NCBI RefSeq assembly: GCF_009914755.1
Contig: NC_060930.1
Length of the DNA stretch: 64,000 nt
Origin: the human T2T-CHM13v2.0 reference genome, Homo sapiens
Strand: one strand, 5' to 3'
Below the pieces are notes generated by a model that worked only from the letters and a program-made list of their open reading frames with translations, did not search any database and was not told the DNA's origin. The position numbers and the translations under genes were made by a program. Below are positions 16,625-29,000 of this stretch, piece by piece (position 1 is the stretch's first letter; each line of letters begins with the position of its first letter).

Positions 16625-17002
16625 GGTGTTAGTCCATTCTCACATTGCTGTAACTTACTACCTGAAACTGGGTAATTTATAAAGAAAAGAGATTTAATTG
16701 GCTCATGGTTTCACAGGCCATGCAGGAACCATGGCTGGGGAGGTCTCAGGAAACTTACAGTCATGATGGAAGGTGAAGAGGAAGGAGGTATGTCTTACAT
16801 GGCTGGAGCAGGAGGAAAAGAGTGAAGGGGGGTGATACACACTATTAAACAACCAGATCTCATGAGAACGCACTATCACAAGAACAGCAAGGGGGAAATC
16901 TACCCCCATGATCCAAACACCTCCCACTTGGCCCCTCCTCCAGCACTGGAGATCACAATTTGACATGACATTTGGGCAGGAACACAAATCCAAACCATAT
17001 CA
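16625..17002 (-). mobile_element. MSTA-like MaLR solo LTR
   Basis: Reverse complement starts tgatatggtttgg; plus-strand ctgggtaatttataaagaaaagag...ggaaacttacagtcatgatggaagg is typical of MST/THE1. Confidence 0.85.
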
Positions 17003-17152
17003 CCATGTAAAAAATTCAGTTATTATTCTAGAGTTGACAGGGTGTCTGTTGCGTTCTAGAGCAGGAAAATGGTATAATTCATTAGCATGGCAATAGGGTT
17101 ATGATGTGTCAGTTAATCAGGGAAGGGTGAGTAGTCAAAGATGACAGTAAGC

Positions 17153-17320
17153 CTGTCGTTCTAACTTCAGTTGCATCAGAATCACCTGAAGAGCTCATTA
17201 AAATACATATTACTGGGCCCCATTCCCTGAGTTTCTGGTTCAATTACAATTTGCATCTCTAACAAACTTCCCAGTGATGCTGATATTGCTGACCCAGGGA
17301 CCACATTTTGAGAACCACTG
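17153..17320 (-). mobile_element. MER5A hAT-Charlie MITE
   Basis: tgcatcagaatcacctg...ggaccacattttgagaaccactg with the MER5A terminus. Confidence 0.85.
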
Positions 17321-17943
17321 TACAAAGGATTCAAACAAGTATTAGAGGGACTGGTAGCAATAGTAAAAGAAATAAGTAAAGAAGTATATTCAGAAAAGGC
17401 ATTTGTGGTGAAGATGAGATGTTTCACTTCAGTTATTCTGCTTCTATAGCTGCCTTTAGCACAATTAACAGCTCAGCAAGATTATCTACAGGCAACAGAA
17501 CTTCTAGTGAAAGGACCCAGCTTATTTTCACTTGTGGCCTAACCAGTTTTACTTGTTTCTTCCCCTTATTCCTCCTTTCCCTTCTTCCATATCTTCTTGT
17601 CTTCCTTCCTTCATTCCGTGCCCAGTCTGAGACCACCATTCATGAGCCTCATTCTGAGAACTCTGCAGCTTTGTAGCAGATGCAACTTTGGAAAGCAGAG
17701 GAGAGGAGAACTGATCTTATTAGGGCAGATAAAACAGTAAGGCACAGCGTATTTGGCAGATGTAGATTATTTAAGGTGGTTAGTCTCAATACCTTTATGA
17801 GCATTAAAGGTCATAGAAAAAATAATGGTTCATTATAAGCCATTTTTTAGAACAAAAACAAATGTGCTTTATTAGCAGTAAGGATTTATATTTTAGATCA
17901 CGAACTTTGGATTAGAGTTATTTATCAAGAGTTTATAGGAATC

Positions 17944-18460
17944 GGCTGGGCACGGTGGCTCAAGCCTGCAATCCCAGCACTTTGGGAGGCCGAGGCAGGC
18001 GGATGGCTTGAGCCCAGGATTTCAAGACCATCCTGGGCAACCTGGAAAATCCCTGTCTCTAATAAAAATACAAAAATTAACTGGGTGTGATGATGCAGTT
18101 CTCAAGTTCATGGATAGTAGGCCAGACCTGGTTGAGTGACTGAGAACACTATAAGAACAGACCTTTGACCAAGTACCCTGGGACTAGGATCTACCAAAAA
18201 GCTATCTTCACCAAATGAATTGTTATTACAATTTAAAGCATGTCTTTATTTTATAACTCTACTACAATATAAATCAGCTTTGTAAGGATATGTTAGCTGG
18301 GTTTAGTGGCTCAGCTACATGAGAGGCTAAGGTGGGAGGATTGATTGAGCCCTGGAGATGAAGGTTGCAGTGAGCTGAGATGGCACCACTGTACTCCAGC
18401 CTTGATGACACAGCGAGACTCAAAAAAAAAAAAAAAAAAAGGTAAAGTAAAATAAAAATA
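17944..18460 (+). mobile_element. AluJ (Jb-like) interrupted by a 196-bp non-Alu insert (18097-18292)
   Basis: Left arm 17944-18096, right arm resumes at 18293; one TSD pair aagagtttataggaat (17927-17942) / aagagtttataaaaat (18461-18476). Confidence 0.88.
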
Positions 18461-18623
18461 AAGAGTTTATAAAAATGTAAAAGCCTAGATCAGATAATAT
18501 TTTATTGCATTATTTAATTGTAATTCTAAGGACAAATGTGATATCCTTACTCCAACTATTAAATTCTTTCAGAAAATTCCATTTGCTTTGCTTCGTTATG
18601 ATTAATTAATGTGGTGGCTTCCA

Positions 18624-18940
18624 CATCATTCTCAGCAAATTAACCCAGGAACAGAAAATGAAACACCTCATGTTCTCACTCATAAGTGGGAGTTGAACAA
18701 TGAAAATGCACGGACACAGGGAGGGGAACATCACATACCGGGGCCTGTCAAGGGGTGGGGGGCAAGGGGAGGGAGAGCCTTAGGACAAATACCTAATGCA
18801 TGCAGGGCTTAAAACCTAGATGATGGGTTGATGAGTGTAGCAAACCACCATGACACATGTATACTATGTAACAAACCTGCACATTCTGCACTTGTATCCT
18901 AGAACTTAAAGTTAAAAAAAAAAAGAGATAATTTAAAAAA
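18624..18940 (+). mobile_element. L1PA7/8-like 3' tip (about 320 bp)
   Basis: ttaggacaaatacctaatgcatgc...aaaacctagatg 3'UTR; A-tail; TSD tggtggcttcca at 18612-18623 and 18945-18956. Confidence 0.92.
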
Positions 18941-18944
18941 TATA

Positions 18945-19110
18945 TGGTGGCTTCCAAATCTGGGAGGCTTGTTAAAATGCAAATTTTTAGATCCCACTGT
19001 AAAGATTTCAATTCAATAGTTCTTGGGTAGGGTTCAGAAATCTGTGTTTTTAAGAAGTTATCCTATATTATTCTTCAGAACCAGTAGAGATCAGCTTTGG
19101 GAACCATGGA
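18945..19110. mobile_element. MER5-like MITE relic (host of the L1 tip)
   Basis: ctgggaggcttgttaaaatgcaaat...gggttcagaaatctgtgtttttaagaag...tttgggaaccatg. Confidence 0.7.
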
Positions 19111-19885
19111 TTTATGGTACAGTTGCAATTTGGTTGTCCTGGTAAGTTGGTAACAATACGCCATGATTTATAATAAATAGTAAATGCTAGTTTAGAGTGG
19201 AGGGAAGGCAGACATTAAGAGAGGATCCAAGAGAAGAATGATAAAATTAGGGGATCTCAAGGTCCTGAATTTTCTATAAGACTGTGGCATAAGTGGCAAT
19301 TTCCAAGAAGACTTGCCCAAGATTCCCATACTCACTAAAGACTGTGGCAGTTGACATACTTCCAGGAGTGTGCAATCTTAATGTTTCTGTAAGAGAAAGG
19401 GCCAGCTCTGTGTGTGCTGATCTCATTTGAACACGGAACTATTTGAACACAGGAAGACAGACTGTGGCAATAAGATTGCTCACCCAAGCACAATGTTGTC
19501 CTTAATCCTCTTGGCTTGCTCTGGCCTCTGTGGGCTACCCCTTGGTGGTATGGATGGGTTGACTGCAGTCTGTCTCTTGCCTTTTGAACTTCAAAGTTAG
19601 ATGGACTTTCAATTTTTACTGTGACTCTTTGAAGTCTACCCTGCTCAGCCTATTTTAAAAAGCACCCTGTATAAACAATTACCCATAATCCTGATTCCTT
19701 TAAATCATGCTCTCCATTTCCCTTTTCCCATTGAACTTATCACATTATATGACTATATAATTAACTAATTACATTTAGTGTTTATCTCTCCAACTAGTTA
19801 TAAGTGCAGAAATCTTTGATTTGTTCATTAAAACATCCTAAACATCTAGTACATATGTAGTAAGTGGTCAATAAATAGTAAATGA

Positions 19886-20202
<317 letters not shown>

Positions 20203-20321
20203 TCAAGTCTGAAAGCAATCCATATAGCTGGTTTGGGAAATAGAAGTATACTCTTTAAAATATTTTTTTCCCTCAACATTTGAAATAAGTAGGTATAATA
20301 TAAAAAATGTCCATGCCTTAC

Positions 20322-20466
20322 CTTGAAAACCATTTTTAAAATCTGCTCCATTTGGTAAGAGATCTGGAGTGTATTCACTGTAGCCACCTACATAAAACTG
20401 ACTGAAGACATTGAGACCAACCAGTCTTCCTGGGGCGATAATGGATTTATTTTTATGATCATCTAC
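20322..20466 (-). CDS. EYS: EYS coding exon (probably exon 39), LamG: VDDHKNKSIIAPGRLVGLNVFSQFYVGGYSEYTPDLLPNGADFKNGFQ(G)
   Basis: Acceptor tttttccctttcgaag|GTA, donor CAAG|gtaagg; 145 nt, phase 0 to phase 1; LamG motif FYVGG...GFQGCI; absent from the ORF track. Confidence 0.97.
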
Positions 20467-20749
20467 CTTCGAAAGGGAAAAAAAACCTATTAAAAAAGGA
20501 ATTAATTCCCCAGGGTGAAATGTTAAGATACTCTTTTGTTATTTCCCATTAACTTGGCATGAAAAATTTACAAAGACCTGAATTTTGAAGAAATAACATG
20601 ATACCACTCAATTCTCTGCTTCTCTGCTGGTGTCTGTTACCAGGGATATATTAATATAGCAGTCATGGTTTTGCATTTCAATCAAAATCAAAGTTCTTCA
20701 AAGATTAGGTGCTGGCATCCTGCTGATTCCCCTCCATTTAGCCTTCCTC

Positions 20750-21235
20750 CTCTGCTATCAATTCTCCATAGAACCACCAGAGTCCTTTATCAAAAATTAG
20801 AAATCAACATGGTACCCACCTTCCTAAGTAGCTCTTCATAGTTCTTTAGATAAAAATATAAACTTCTTAGCACATCTAAGCCCTTTGATAATATAGACCT
20901 TATCTGTCTCTAACCACTTCTCTAGCTCCCCCATCCCCCAACCTAAAAACCATGCTGAACTACTTGCATTCCTTAAGCTAATACTGGCCATTGTTCTCTT
21001 TCTTAACTCCTATTTGAAGTTACGCTCAAGCATCACCTTCTCTGGGAAGCACTTTCTGAATCCTCTCTCTCACCCTTATCTGTGTTAGTAATCCCTCTTA
21101 TTTGTTCTCACACCACTTAATTGTAATCATCTCTCTATTCCCCTAGTTGGTACAATAGTCTGTGAACTTCGTGGATGTAGGCATCATGGGCTATTCACCT
21201 CTGTATCTTAGCACAGATCTGACAATATACTAGTG
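20750..21235 (+). mobile_element. L2 fragment filling most of the short intron
   Basis: gctcaagcatcaccttctctgggaagc...ctgtgaactt...ggcatcatggg...tatcttagcacag resembles the L2 3' region. Confidence 0.6.
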
Positions 21236-21274
21236 CTCTCAGTTTGTGGAAGTGACGAAGGAATGACTCTTTAC

Positions 21275-21441
21275 CTTCAGCCAGCCCTCTTGGAAGAACT
21301 TGCCCAGATGAACAGTGTGGACTCCAAGGCTCAGATTGAGGGGCTCGCTCCTGATGCTTGCTATGCCAGACCCCAGGTTATAACTATAAACCACACTGCC
21401 ATTGAGCAGGCCCACAGCCAGGAAGTCATCGCCATTCAACC
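21275..21441 (-). CDS. EYS: EYS coding exon (probably exon 38), LamG: (G)LNGDDFLAVGLLNGSVVYSYNLGSGIASIRSEPLNLSLGVHTVHLGKFFQEGWLK
   Basis: Acceptor tcttctcattccag|GG, donor AAG|gtaaag; 167 nt, phase 1 to phase 0; LamG signature DFLAVGL.NG.V.YSYNLGSG. Confidence 0.98.
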
Positions 21442-23500
21442 CTGGAATGAGAAGACACATGGGGAATGCTCACTGAGAGGAAATTCAGGAGTTCCGTCAG
21501 CTTTATTTTACTGACTGGTTCTGAATTACAGATCAGTATGGTAAGTTATAATACATATTTAGTCTCTAGTCAGCATTTAGGTATATGTGCAACTGGCTGT
21601 TGTTATTCCCAGCCCCAGAAACAGAGCACCAAGAGTTTATGTCTTTGAAGCCATGAGGGTTCTGGTCAACCTGGGGAATGATCAATGATCAACTAAAAAG
21701 TTGAATGGGATTAAAATCTCCTTTTGTCGGAGTGAAATTCAGTGTGCACTTTACAATAAGGAGAACTTCACAATGGAGTAGAATTGCTCCGGTAGCTAAC
21801 GAGATTCAAAAGGCTGAGATGACCTAGCATCAGCTTTGAAGTTCTTTCTATGATTTGAGAATAGGATAAAGACCAATTTATTCCTATGATTGCTAAGAAT
21901 ATGTTATCATTATTCTATTACAAAAGCTCTTAACCATGCCCCATGACCATTTAAAGGTGGATTGTTTCTGTGTTCCCTCTTCTCTCTCTCCTTCCATTAG
22001 TTCAGAGCCATCCATGCAGTACAGTGAGTTCCAGGACCCAGAACACTCAGGAGACAGTTCTTAAAGACCCACGGGACAAAGGAAGTGGTTGGGAGTGACC
22101 CAGCATTAATCACTAGGGGAAGGTGCTAGCAGTATCCTTGGCGGGATTAAGAAGTTCTGGGATGATCCATCAGTATATAGCAAGAGATCTGTTCACAGGA
22201 AGCAGAGACCCAAATACGTCACCCAGCTTCTGAAAGGTGTGTTAGTGGGTGGGGCAAAAGAAGAATTCAATACTGAGGCTAGCAGTCAGGAAACTGAGGC
22301 AAAGACTTCTGCTTAGAGGAAGAACGTAAGAACCCCCTAGAAGTAAGAGGTTTAAGCATGGGAGAAAAAGCTGAATTGAGTCCTTGACATAGAAAAAATT
22401 TATTATGAGTATGCACAGCCTCCTCCTTCTGCATTTATAGGAATGATGCTTTGTCTGTTGACTGGGCTTCTAGTATTACTTTGATCAGGGTAAAGGAGAG
22501 AAAGATCTACAGGGAGGTAGGTTTCCAGATAGGGTGGAGAGGTGGGCTTCCTGAGGCACTGGAAAGTGGAAGACAGAAATATTATTTAGAGATACTTGAA
22601 CGCTGCCTCTGCTTTTCTAAAGGGTCTGCCATGGGCCCTGAGCAGGGTTACTTTTGAAAGCTCTCTAGGTGAGTCTAATATATACAGTCATGGTTAAGAG
22701 CAACTGTATTAAGTGACCTACCATAGACCGAGTACATTGGGAACTTATGGCAAGTCTCTTTTTCACTTCCTCACATTCTGGTGATTTCTTCCCACCTGCA
22801 ATGCTGCATCAGGTTAGCTGGGTTGTATATTTAAAACGGAAAGTTCAATGTTTCAAGAGAAAACATAGATTCAGGAAGGCAGTTAGAAAGGCAGAAAGGA
22901 GAAAACAATACTAGAGATTGGAGATAGTCTTTCAGGCAGCTGTTGGGATATAGAAGAAATTGGGAGGGGTGGAGGAGGAAACATGAGATTTTTCTGTGGG
23001 TTGTGAATGGGAATTTTTCTGAGAGATTCTGGAGGGGATCTGAATTGTCTTTCAAATTGTCCAGGTTATGGGAGTGGAGCCAGTATTGTGCCAGCCGAGC
23101 TGTAAGGTAGTGGGAGGGCATATTCATTTCAGCTGTATCCTTCCTTTCTGTCTTGTGCTCTCCTTCCTCCAGTTATGGAGAACCCATTTCATGCCAGGAG
23201 CATCATTATTATCCTTAGGTCCTTGACAGCCTGGTCAGGAGGAGATAGGAGGTTTGTTTCAAGTTCCACGAAGAGCAGAATAGAAACAAATGGGGGCAGC
23301 CATTAAGACATGGTGAGGAAGAGGGTTAGGAAAGCAAAAAGGTGGTTTTTGAGTCAGTTTCTGAGCTCACCCAGAAAATGACAAGCAAGAGCTTGTTAGA
23401 TGAAAAAAGAGGATACAGTGAAGAGTGCTGTTTAAATCAGAAGGGAGAACTTTGCAGCAACCCAGAAGGAGAAGAACAGGGTATGTTTAAGAACTGCTGG

Positions 23501-23817
23501 GGCCGGGCACGGTGGCTCACGCCTGTAATCCCAGCACTTTGGGAGACCGAGGCGGGCAGATCATGAGGTCAGGAGATCAAGACCATCCTGGCCATCCTGG
23601 CTAACACGGTGAAACCCCATCTCTACTAAAAATACAAAAACAAAATTAGCCGGGCGTGGTGGCGCATGCCTGTAGTTCCAGCTATTCAGGAGGCTGAGGC
23701 AGGAGAATGGCGGGAACCTGGGAGGCAGATCTTGCAGTGAGCCGAGATCGTACCACTGCACTCCAGCCTGGGCAACAGAGCGAGACTCCCTCTCAAAAAA
23801 AAAAAAAAAAAAAGAAG
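23501..23817 (+). mobile_element. AluY with an internal 9-bp tandem duplication (ccatcctgg x2, 23583-23600)
   Basis: AluY diagnostics (gagaatggcg, cttgcagtgagcc); TSD aagaactgctgg at 23489-23500 and 23818-23829. Confidence 0.93.
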
Positions 23818-24693
23818 AAGAACTGCTGGGATGTGGGCTTGACTGGCATTTAGTGCCTGTGGCAGGAAAGGAAACTGAAAAGGGAGAAAGGGCTATATCT
23901 TTAAGGGTCTAATATGCTGCAATGAATGATGTAAGTATTTTACCAGAGACTCTTAGGAATCATGAAAGGATTTTGAATAAGAGAAGTGTATTAGATCTGG
24001 ATGTTAGAAGAATCTTCTAGTAATGTTGAGGATAGAATATAGAGGTACATAAGGAGGCTCATTGGAAAGTCATTCAAGTGATTCAGAAGAGGAAATGATA
24101 CTGAAATACATTAAACACCTAAATAAATTAAGGTAGTGACAGAGGGGTCAGAAAAATGGGAGGAAATTTGCTTGTGATTTGGAAGGAAAATTTGAAAGGA
24201 CAGATCAATTTGGGTGAAGAGCTGAGGAAGAGTTGAGGAAGAGAGAGAAGGTGGTTCTGCAGAATCTGGCTTAAAGAACCAGGTGCAGTGGCAGGGTCAG
24301 TCATGGAGTTAGGACCCTAGGAAAGGAACAGTCTGGGGGAAAAGGCTGAGTTTAGTTTATAGGTGCTCCTGCCTACAGACCTGTCCCAGGGCAAAGGACT
24401 GGGGATGCACCAAGAGGAGGGGATAAGGAGAGCCAGGGAACCAATCACCCATCAAGCAGATGATAGCATACTATTCCCATGCCATGAGTCCATCAGGTTG
24501 CTTTCCTTTCCTCTGCTACTCCTTCAACTCTAGATCTTCCCTGAGTATCAACTCTGGTAGTAAATGATGGAGTAGATAAGAGGAAGAAAAGCAGTTTACT
24601 GTCACAGCCGGTACCTAGAAAGTGACTTGGAATTGTTCTAGAGTGTTTCCAAACCTAGAAGTCCTTTACAATCATTTAGGGAATGGTTCAAAA

Positions 24694-24828
24694 ATACCTA
24701 ATGTAAATGACGAGTTAATGGGTGCAGTACACCAACATTGCACATGTATACATATGTAACAAACCTGCACATTGTGCACATGTACCCTAGAACTTTAAGT
24801 ATAATAAAAATATATATATATAAAAAAA
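24694..24828 (+). mobile_element. L1PA (about PA4-5) extreme 3' tip inside a MER5-like relic (about 24640-24925)
   Basis: cctaatgtaaatgacgagttaatgggtgcag...taccctagaactttaagtataataaaaa; TSD caaaaatac at 24689-24697 and 24829-24837. Confidence 0.9.
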
Positions 24829-24967
24829 CAAAAATACACTTTCTAGAACCTGTCTTATACCACTTGCATGAGAATCTTTGAAGCTAGATCCTAGAAATAT
24901 TTTTTAACAGAATCCCCAACTGTTTTTTTTTTCGTAATAAGGCCTGATTGGTATTAGTAACTGTAAG

Positions 24968-26010
24968 AGGGCCAAGGCATGAAACTTGTGCAGTTGCATG
25001 GGGCTTTAAGTTCCAAAGGGCCCCGTTGCTTGGTTTAATGCTCTGTGTCACTGTCTTGAAATTCTTAATACTTTTATCTTTGAACTGTGTTTTGAAAGTG
25101 AAGTCCATGAAGCAACAAACATGAGTGGTAACAGAGGAGACCCATAAATACAATATGCATGTTTGCTCTTTCACATGTAAGGCTTGTGATATCCCACAAG
25201 AACAAAGTTCCCACAGTACTGGGAGTTCAGTGATAACGCAAAATGAGTACAAGGTAAATATATTATGTTTAATGACTAAGTGGGGGAACTGACAGCCCCA
25301 AGAGGCCATGCTCCATTTGGGCCAGAACTTACTTCAAATGCAGGAAGAAGGGAGTGGTGGTCTAAGAAACATGAATCATCAAGGAACCCTATTATTTCAT
25401 CATTACTCCTACTACTTTTCTGTATTAGCTAATTATTTACACTGAAAATGATGATAGAGAAGAAAACAGAAAGAGAGGGAAGTCCACAATTCCTTTTCCT
25501 CTCACTCCTACCTTACTCATCAGTAGCCAAAGGTCGAGAGTGTTGATAGAATGTGTGTATATCAAGAACTGAAATAAAGACAGTTAACTTAGATTTGTGT
25601 AGTGTTTCTGGTGTTCTGTTAAGAAGGAAGTACATATGCATGCACAAGCTTTGAAAGATCAATTGAGTAATTTTGGTGATTTTGCATGTGCATTAAATAC
25701 TTTTCTATTTGCCTTTTAAAGTGGCGTTGCACAATATAAAAATGAATGGTAAATTTTAATATTTTAATTTTTTAACTTAGAATGACATAAATGCAAATAA
25801 AAGACATTATGGTGACTTTCTAAGTTAAGCTTAGTCATTCTAAGCTTATTCTTACTCATTCTAAGTCATTATAATGTTGAGAGATCAGTGAAGAAAGAAA
25901 AATGCTTTATATTTTAGTACCTTTAACGGCATTTCTCCCTGCTTTTTGAACAAGGGAGTTTGCCTTTTTATTCTGCAATGGGTCCCACAAATTATGTAGC
26001 TGTCTCTCCT
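24968..26010 (+). mobile_element. hAT-Tip100 DNA transposon derivative (Zaphod/MER91 family), internally deleted
   Basis: Left end gggccccgttgcttggtttaatgctctg...gtcttgaaattcttaat and right end tttttgaacaaggg...gggtcccacaaattatgtagc match MER91 termini with about 900 bp between. Confidence 0.75.
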
Positions 26011-29000
26011 TGGTGTCATCATAAAACAAATCAGGAAAGAACAAAATGAAAATGAGACCTTCCTGAACATTTGAGGCCGCTTAGAGCCTTTGTATGTAGA
26101 TGAGACCTGAAACCTGTCAGGGCAGTATGTGTGGGGTGATGCTGATGCACACATGGATGTCTGAAAGCGATGTGGCTGCTAGGTGGTGGAGTCTGAGTCT
26201 GAAGACAGCCTGGTTCCAGAGCCTGTGCTCTTAAACACTGTCCATGCAGCAGAGAAGGAGAAACAAGTCTGACTGTGGTTGTGCCCCTCTCTCCCACCTT
26301 CAGCACTCCCTTCCCAAATGCTTCTCTCTGGGAAATAAGAAGGGATAATAATATCTCTTCAGATTATTCTAAGGATTAAGTGAGATTTAATGTGTAAGCA
26401 TTAGCCCACTGCCAACCTAGCACATAGTAGGTACTCAATAAATGCATATTTCTTTCCTCTTCTCAGTAACTCTGGCCTGACCATAACTTTGTGTACCTTA
26501 TTTCATTCCCCCATTTTATAAAGTCTGGGAAGCAGGCATTCCTGGCTCCTAGTTAGCCTCTTGGGTCGGGAACAGGAGTAGTACAATTTTTCTTTCTTGT
26601 TTTTTTGTTTGTTTGTTTTTGCTATAGCCCAAATTGCTTCAGTGCATTACTTTGATCCAACTAAAAAATTTTGGAGGATCAAACATGGAGGTGAAATGAA
26701 ATGACTTGAAGGCATCATTTTTAAACATCTATTTATGTCTTATGTCACTTTCCTGGAATTTCTTGTAATGGGACGTTCTTGGCTTAACAGCCCATAATAA
26801 CATAAGCAATGGCATATTCAAACAACCACCAATGCTATAGAATTATTTCATTCTCAAATTCAGCTTTCTATAAAACATTGTTCTATGAGTAGCTTTGGGA
26901 AATATATGAGCAATTTATATTTTTATATTTGTCAAGTCACAAAGCAACAGGTGATAATCCACATTTGTATTGCCATGTAGAAATGTTTAGCAATTGACAT
27001 GGTGAGAGTTTTTTCATGAAAAGAATTGGAACCAAGCTCATTTGGTATGCAGAACACAAACCCACAGTGAATCTTAATGAAATCAGCCCTAGGAAGATTT
27101 TTAGACAAGGCAAGAGATACTTGTTGGATATTGCTTCAGAGCTGGTGCTAAGAAGAAAGGACTTAGAGAGATTATGTTGTGCAAGTAGTAAAAAGAGGAG
27201 GAAGGAAACAATAGGAAGTGACTCTACATGAATAGTAGTTAAGCATATCAAGATCTGGGAAGTGAATAAAAATCCTTTTAGAATGCACAGGAAAAAAAAC
27301 TGGATCTCTCTTTGGCTAGAAAGAAAAGTCATAACAACTCCATCAGCACCATTAAGCAGTGAGTTTCAAAGTAAGTATGTTGTGGCAAGCCATGCTTAGC
27401 ATTATAACAGCAACTCATAAGATTGGTTAGAGCAAATCTCATGGGGCAACAAGATGAGATGCTGTGGTCAGAATACCATCTGGCCTCATAATGCACCAAG
27501 AATAGTGATTTATTAATGGAAGCAAGGATTTAGTCTGGGTGAAGAAGTGGATGGTGGCATTGTTAGGGATGGGAATGATGATAAAACATGGAAACAAGGT
27601 AAAGGATGCTGCTATGAATATTCTGAAAGAAAAGAGCAAAGTAGTTGAGACAAGAGTGTCAGGACATTCTAAGCAGTCTCAGATGGGTTTTAAAAGTTTG
27701 ATGCAGAAGGTATGGGTGGTAGTGATAGTAACAGATCTTAAATATATACAACCTTGGGAGCAAATATGAAAAAATGTTTTTGTCACAAGCCTATAATTAT
27801 AGTTAAGCTTATGGTATTTTTTCCCTAAATTACTTAGGTCTGCTTGCAGGATTTTTCCGTAGGTGGTTTGATTTTAAACCTAAAGGTTTTACTATTTATA
27901 CTGGTAGTTCTCCAACCTGGCTGAACCTTGTCAGCACAGCCTCTGATTTAATTTGCATGTATGAACGAGAAGGGGAAATCTATTATATAGGAAGGAGGAA
28001 AAGAATCAAAGGTTTCAGAGAGTAAGCCCAGGAGAAACTGTGCAAGTCAGCTTGACCTGAAGGAAAAAGAGAGAAACATAACAAGGAGAGAAAATTGTCA
28101 GAACTGTGCGGCAACCCTGAGTGCCTTATGGTAATCATTATGAAATTCTCATGAGAAAAAAAACATGCCCATGAAGTAACTGTAATTAGAAGTGGTCTAA
28201 TTAGTTCCACCTTGAAGGATGGCCTGGACAAGAGTAGCTAGTGGTTCAAGCCATGGATTCATTAATGAAACCCTCAAAGGAAGCATAAAACTCATTTATT
28301 AAAGATGTAATTCAAGTCTGTGCTTTGGAGAGACTTTCGAGGCACACCCGTCCTGCTGTTTCTCCTACTGATTCTCACTAATCATTGTGTGTTGTAAGTT
28401 ATGAAGTGGTACATGCTTGTGTTCTCACTTGATGTGCTTAGGGCGTACCCCAGAAATTAGAACTACTTGTCTGGAAGTGGCAGAAGCTCACTCTCAAGTT
28501 CTTTACATAAGGGTTCACAATGGTTTAGAAGCTGTTCCTCGGATTGTTCTGAAGGGGCATATTGGGACTCTAAAACATTTATATAGACAGTGCTGTGAGA
28601 TCCATGTGTATTTCAGCATATTCCAGTTAATGCAAAGGTTAATATTGTGACTTTTAACATCATAGAAACATGGTAATCCTCATTCAGATGATCCAACAGT
28701 CTTTTAATTCCAATAGATTAAATTTCCTAAAGTATTTCATTTAGAAGGAAAGACTTAATAGTAAAGGAATAATAGTTGTAATTTGTTATTTCTTCAAACT
28801 ATTATTCTAATATGGTAAAATAGTATCATTTATTAAATTTAATTTATTCCTCTAAATATGATAATGTACTTTGCAGAGTTCAGCAAAGTCCCAAGTAGTA
28901 CAAGGACATGAGCGTGTAATCTTGGACATTTTGCTAATTTAAGTTTTGGCTGCTCACTTCCAGTTATCTCACTCTTTTGAAAAAACTGGTAAAGATAACA

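Noticed and set aside
19279-19469. CRISPR-like repeat-spacer reading of the 60-bp register motif
   Set aside because: Only an 11-bp core in three copies, one slot missing, human intron, no cas genes; kept only as a motif array
21233-21514. 93-aa plus-strand ORF
   Set aside because: Antisense shadow of an EYS exon, with no ATG start and no independent support
24884-25309. 141-aa minus-strand ORF as a possible transposase
   Set aside because: Lies in the hAT relic but shows no recognisable transposase motif
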